A stretch of DNA of 64,000 bases from Lama glama (lineage: Eukaryota): contig CM052818.1 in NCBI GenBank assembly GCA_028534125.1, positions 22,198,001 to 22,262,000 on the forward strand, written 5' to 3'. The notes beneath the pieces were generated by a model. It saw only the letters and a list, made by a program, of their open reading frames with translations. It did no database searches and was not told the DNA's origin. A program made the translations under genes and the position numbers. Each line of letters starts with the position of its first letter. Positions within the stretch are counted from its first letter, which is position 1. Shown here one piece after another: positions 59,306 through 64,000 of this stretch.

Positions 59306-62300
59306 ATCCATTCCGCGACTAGAAAAGACTAACATAATGTGTATTGATAGACCATCCGGCCCCAGTGTGACTCCTTTGCCCTAAATTATATGAAAGCATC
59401 CTGCCCCCGCCTTAAACTCATTCTGAGTGAATTTTTGCGTCCGAAAAACCAAACCCAAGCTACATTCCTCAGATTTAGGAATCTCAGCAGCATGGTGTCA
59501 CTGTGTGGGGACACTGGGTCAACGTGTCCCCGCATGTTCTCTGTTCTGCCTGATAGCAACTCGGAGACAGAGCCTCCGTAATACAGCGGGATTTTCTTAA
59601 GCAAAAAATGCACATCCTTCTGCCTTAGACTGAAAAGTAGCTGAGGACTGAGCATCACTCCTGATTTTTCACTTTAGTCAGAAGTTGAGCCAGCTGATTG
59701 ATCAGATCAATATTATCTTGTTTTGACATCTTGCAAGAATATCAAGCAGTTGATGGCAAGTTTCCACATTCCTCCAGCACACAGGAGTTTTGCAGAATAC
59801 CCTACTAATGGTTTGCACTTGGGTGTTCCAAGTTCATTATTACTACTGAGTCTTGAATACTTTGAAAATACATCATTAATTTTGTCCTCAAATCAGTGGT
59901 TTTAATAAGTGCCACAGTAAAATAATATTATTAAATTATGTTAATATTGAATATCTTCTTTGAGAAGGCTAAATATTGTTAAATTAATTCTTACTCTTCC
60001 TCTAAGAAAGAAATAAAACGTGAGAACACCTTGCCTCTGAGATCCCATCCTGTAAATGAGGGCTGGATGTGGACAGAACAAGCTTTGTACTCATACTAAC
60101 AGCCTGCTGGGGATGTGGAAGTTGGAGTTGCATTTTGACTGTGAGGTGTAGGGAGGTTCCCGAGAGTGGAGCTGGCCCAAAGGAAGGGATAAACAGCACA
60201 CAAATAAGAGTGCTGGGACGCAGAAGGAAAAGCTGAAGCCAAATGCATAGTTGGGGGCAACTCAAGAGCTGACTGGGGAGCAGCAAGTTGATTTGTGTGG
60301 CCAGAACACAGGCTGAGGCCAGAGGAGCAGAGCAGGAGACAGAGCTAGAAAGGCAGGAGCAGCCACACTTGGGATGGTTTGAATGCCAAGCCAAGGACCC
60401 CCTCCTGTAGGTGAAGGGAGGCTGGAGTTGGTTTCAAATGGGGAGTAATACTGCCTGGAGCGTGGGTTGGAGGAGGGCTTTCTGATGGCAATGTGTGAGA
60501 TGGATCAGGGCTGGAGGCGCGTCCCCCTGAGCTGCCATCAGCGGTGACAGGCTGGAGAGAGCATGGGGGCAGAGCTAAGAGGATCTGGGTGCATGTGCTT
60601 GTGGGAGGTGGGAGAGAAGGGAAAGTGGAGATGACTTCAAGGTTGCAAACCTGTGAGACATCCAGGGGAAGCACCTGGACTTGCCTCTGGCACTGACATA
60701 GTGGTGGGGCTATCGCGTTCCAGGAAGTGAAACTACCAGGAATCGGGAAAGGCACTTGGAGGCCACAAGTCACCGTGATCTGGGACAGAGTATTCTTTAG
60801 GCCTTGGAGAGATCAGCAACGGAAAGTGAGAGGGCAAAGGGGACCTTTATCTGCTGGAGGAACAGAGTGAACTGTCCACTCATTCCCGCCCTTTCCAGCA
60901 CGCTGCCCAGTGCCCCTGGGAGCCCCGGCCCTCCTCCATCCGGCCAGCTGTTGGTGCCAGTGGCACTGGCTAGAGAACATCGAAGAAGAAGCCAGCATGA
61001 AACCAGTCACTTTGCACACAGCTGACTTTCAGCAGAGATTTGTGGTGTGAATTAGTTCATGGTTCTGGGAGGCCTGGAGGAAATAACTCAGTGTTAGGTA
61101 GCCCTCGTGAGGATGGATTTGCTCTTGACCTTCTCTGCCTGCTGAGTTCTGCTGTCCTCCCACATGTGCTTCACCGCACGTGGTCACCTGGGAGGTGGAA
61201 CTCAGAGCCTATGAACTACCCTCTGAGCACCCCCTGAGGCTCCCTCAGCTTTGAAGTATGACTTAAGGAAGCCACAGCATCGAGACCCTCCCCACCCCTT
61301 ACCCAGCCCCTCACACACACCAGTCACGGGCACACCGAGAGGAACAGAGGAAATGGCACATCTAAGACTCAAGAGGTGGGGCTTGAAATTCACAGCTGGG
61401 AAGAGAAAGTGTATGGGCTGGACTCCAGGTGGGGCTCCACCTTTCTTCTGTCCCTGCTCTGACTTGACTTCAAGCCTTGAAATGCTCGGAAAGAGCTGTG
61501 GTTTCCAGAGCAGGAGACACTCGAGGCCATCAACTTGGCCGCTCCGGCTTCCCTGGGCTTGCTTCCTGCTTCTGCCCGAGCAGCTCACTCCTGTCTGTCT
61601 GTCTCACACACTCACATATCAGAGTTCATTTGAACAAGGGCTTCCATGTGAGGCAAAAACCAAGCTGGACAGTATTTAAATTTTAATCACTAAATTTGTG
61701 TGATTCTTGAGGGAGGCAGACGGAGTTCTGGGTGGAAGCAGCAGAGGTACAAGCCCCTTTAGGGGGAGATAGAGGATGAAAGAACAGCTTTAACCACCAC
61801 ACCCCCCCAAATCTAGAAGATGGCTAGAATTCAACAATTCAGGGTTATTCTGTAGCCTTTCTTTTCTGTAGAATCTTTTGTCTCTTATATGGGGTCTTTG
61901 CTGGGTCTAACTTGATACCCTGGCTGCAGACTTGAGGACTCCAGGACCACAGGACAGGTGGCACAGACCCCAGAGTTCCCACAGGGATGGCTAGAGCTGG
62001 AGGCCCACGGATGGAACCCCACATGCTCACCCTGAAGAGGTGAGGACTCTGCGACCTGGAGGAGCCGGTTGAGGGGTCAGGCAGGGGGCTGGCCTTCCGA
62101 AGCCCCCTCCTCGGGCTCCTTGCCCTCTCCAGTGCCAGCTCTCCCTCCATCCTTCCTCCTCCAGCTTCAGCCAGGGTTTGCCCCCTAATTCAGGTGGCCT
62201 CCTCTCTTTCCCCGTTTCTGTGTATAAGATTCATAAAGTTTCTGATACCAACAGTTGCTTTAGTTGATGCAGGATAAGAAAGAGAATCCAGTTAACGAAG

Positions 62301-64000
62301 AATTTTAAGGCGCTCTAGACCTTAAACCCATTGTCAGAATTTAAGTTCACAAAGGATGACTTCTTGGTAGAAACTTTTTTTTAAGCTATAATTGACATGT
62401 TTGTGGCATTTTATGGTAAAAACTTTCTTATGGAAAAAAACATAAAATTTAAGAAAGAAAGAGACATACAGAGCAGGAGAGAGAAGCAAGCACACTTGCC
62501 CTCACACTTGTGAGCGATGAGTGGTTCTTCTCCTTGGAGTTCTGGCCCCAAGGAGTTCTGATCCCTCCCTCCCACCACGCCCCTCAGCCGCAAAAACTCC
62601 TATCTAACTAATGCTCATTCTGCCAAATACAGATGTTTCGTGGTGACGCATTAAGTCCCACCTTCTCTGCAATGCCCCTGCCCTCCAGGGTCTCCCCTTT
62701 CTCTGAGCCCCTGCAGCATTTGGTTATAAAGAGCCCTTGATTTTTCTATTCTTTTATTATTTTCTCTTTCATATACTTGACTGAGTTTTATCTTCCCAGC
62801 TAGCCCATGGGCTTAGAGTCTGTCTCCTATTGGTACACAGTGGGTGCTCAATTGGTGTTGACGGGCTGATCTTCCACCACCGTAGACCTCATATCAGTCC
62901 TGAGGACCCTAAGGAGCTTAGGGTACCCTCTGAAACAGGAAAGCCCCAAAACAGGCATACTGACCCTCCATGCTAGAACAGACTGGGGGCAAACAGGAGA
63001 GGCTGTTCTCCTGAGTGACGTGCCATGGGATGAGAGTTAGCAGCGCTGCTGTACCGTTTGGCCCTTTCTGGCTCTTACCTCTCAGGTGTGAGCCTCAGGC
63101 TGCGGGGGCTGCGGGCCTGGGGAAACCAGGACACCCTGCAGGAGACCCTGTGCTCCGCGTGAGGACCTGTGGAGACTCTGGAATAACGATGGACCTTAGC
63201 AGGGAGGTGGGAGAGTGGACATGGGAGCGGATGTAGAAAAACTGAGACTCAGAGGTCAGAGAAGGGACAGGAGGCAGGTGGCATTGTGGGGCCCAGTCGG
63301 AACAGTCCTGTAGCCCAGGGCAAGGTAATGAAGAAGAAAAGAGACAATACTGCTCTATTTTCCCAAAAATGTGTCCCCCCCTGCCACCCACACACTCACA
63401 CCACCCCTCACACACATACACACACGCCCCATCATCACCACACAGAGCCCGGGAGCCAGTGTTAGAGTGTGAATGCACCTCACACGCTCCAGCCCTTGAG
63501 GAAGCAGGTGAGGGAGGTCGGGTCACTGTGACATTGCACAGCGGCCCCACAGTGACCTCCCAGTCAGCAAAGCCCCAGGCCTGTGGGACTTGGTGCTGAG
63601 TCACAGATGGTTCCACCCCCAGCACCTCTAGAGCTGCCCAACACGTCCTCCTGCCCACCCAGCCCCGTGCTCTTCCTGATTCCTGCAAGTTCACAGGGTT
63701 AGGTCCTGGGAAAAACATCCTCCGAGTGTGGCCTCCCTTCTCCCCCTGCTCTCCAATAGCTTCTTTCCTAATCTCCTCAGATAACCTGTCTCCAAAGTGT
63801 CTTTTCTGTCCTGGTACGAGAATCTGGCCCCAGACTCCATTTTAGACAGCCTTTAAGCTCCATCAGTGTAATTTCATATGTATGTACCAAGTACCTTTTT
63901 CTGGAGAAGAATGACCACCATGCTAGAATGTACCCTCATACCTACCCCTAGGCCTGACCTAAATTCCCTTGGGAACAAGCTAAACTTACTTACCTCTCTC

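Noticed and set aside
63095..63718. 207-aa minus-strand ORF
   Set aside because: It lies in GC-rich, stop-poor sequence with a CA-rich patch and resembles no protein family I recognise.
1..64000. A novel multi-gene, defence or CRISPR-like system
   Set aside because: The window is mammalian intron plus seven THADA exons. I see no regularly spaced repeat-spacer array, no operon-like ORF cluster and no long unexplained ORF with a recognisable domain.

Overview
This is mammalian genomic DNA, not prokaryotic. It most likely comes from a camelid (alpaca, llama or camel), judged from five copies of a tRNA-Ala-derived Vic-1-type SINE. The whole 64 kb lies inside the 3' half of THADA on the + strand. 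Seven coding exons (116, 95, 380, 119, 73, 154 and 132 nt) have GT-AG boundaries and compatible phases, and splice into one stop-free frame of about 356 aa (VFHLLQAFPDSK...SQENICQST). From memory these are roughly exons 30-36 of the 38-exon human gene; that numbering is recalled, not checked. The rest is intron containing L1, L2, MIR, L3, hAT and MaLR remnants, microsatellites and a few repeat-poor, motif-rich blocks. Repeat family names come from visual recognition, and boundaries without TSDs are approximate. Almost all ORFs in the supplied track are chance ORFs or L1 debris. I found no evidence for a new multi-gene system. The best leads are small-scale: retro-insertions that create candidate splice signals (one in frame), an inverted L1 pair, two exact ETS-IRF composite sites inside old repeats, and a repeat-poor block with NF-kB sites.
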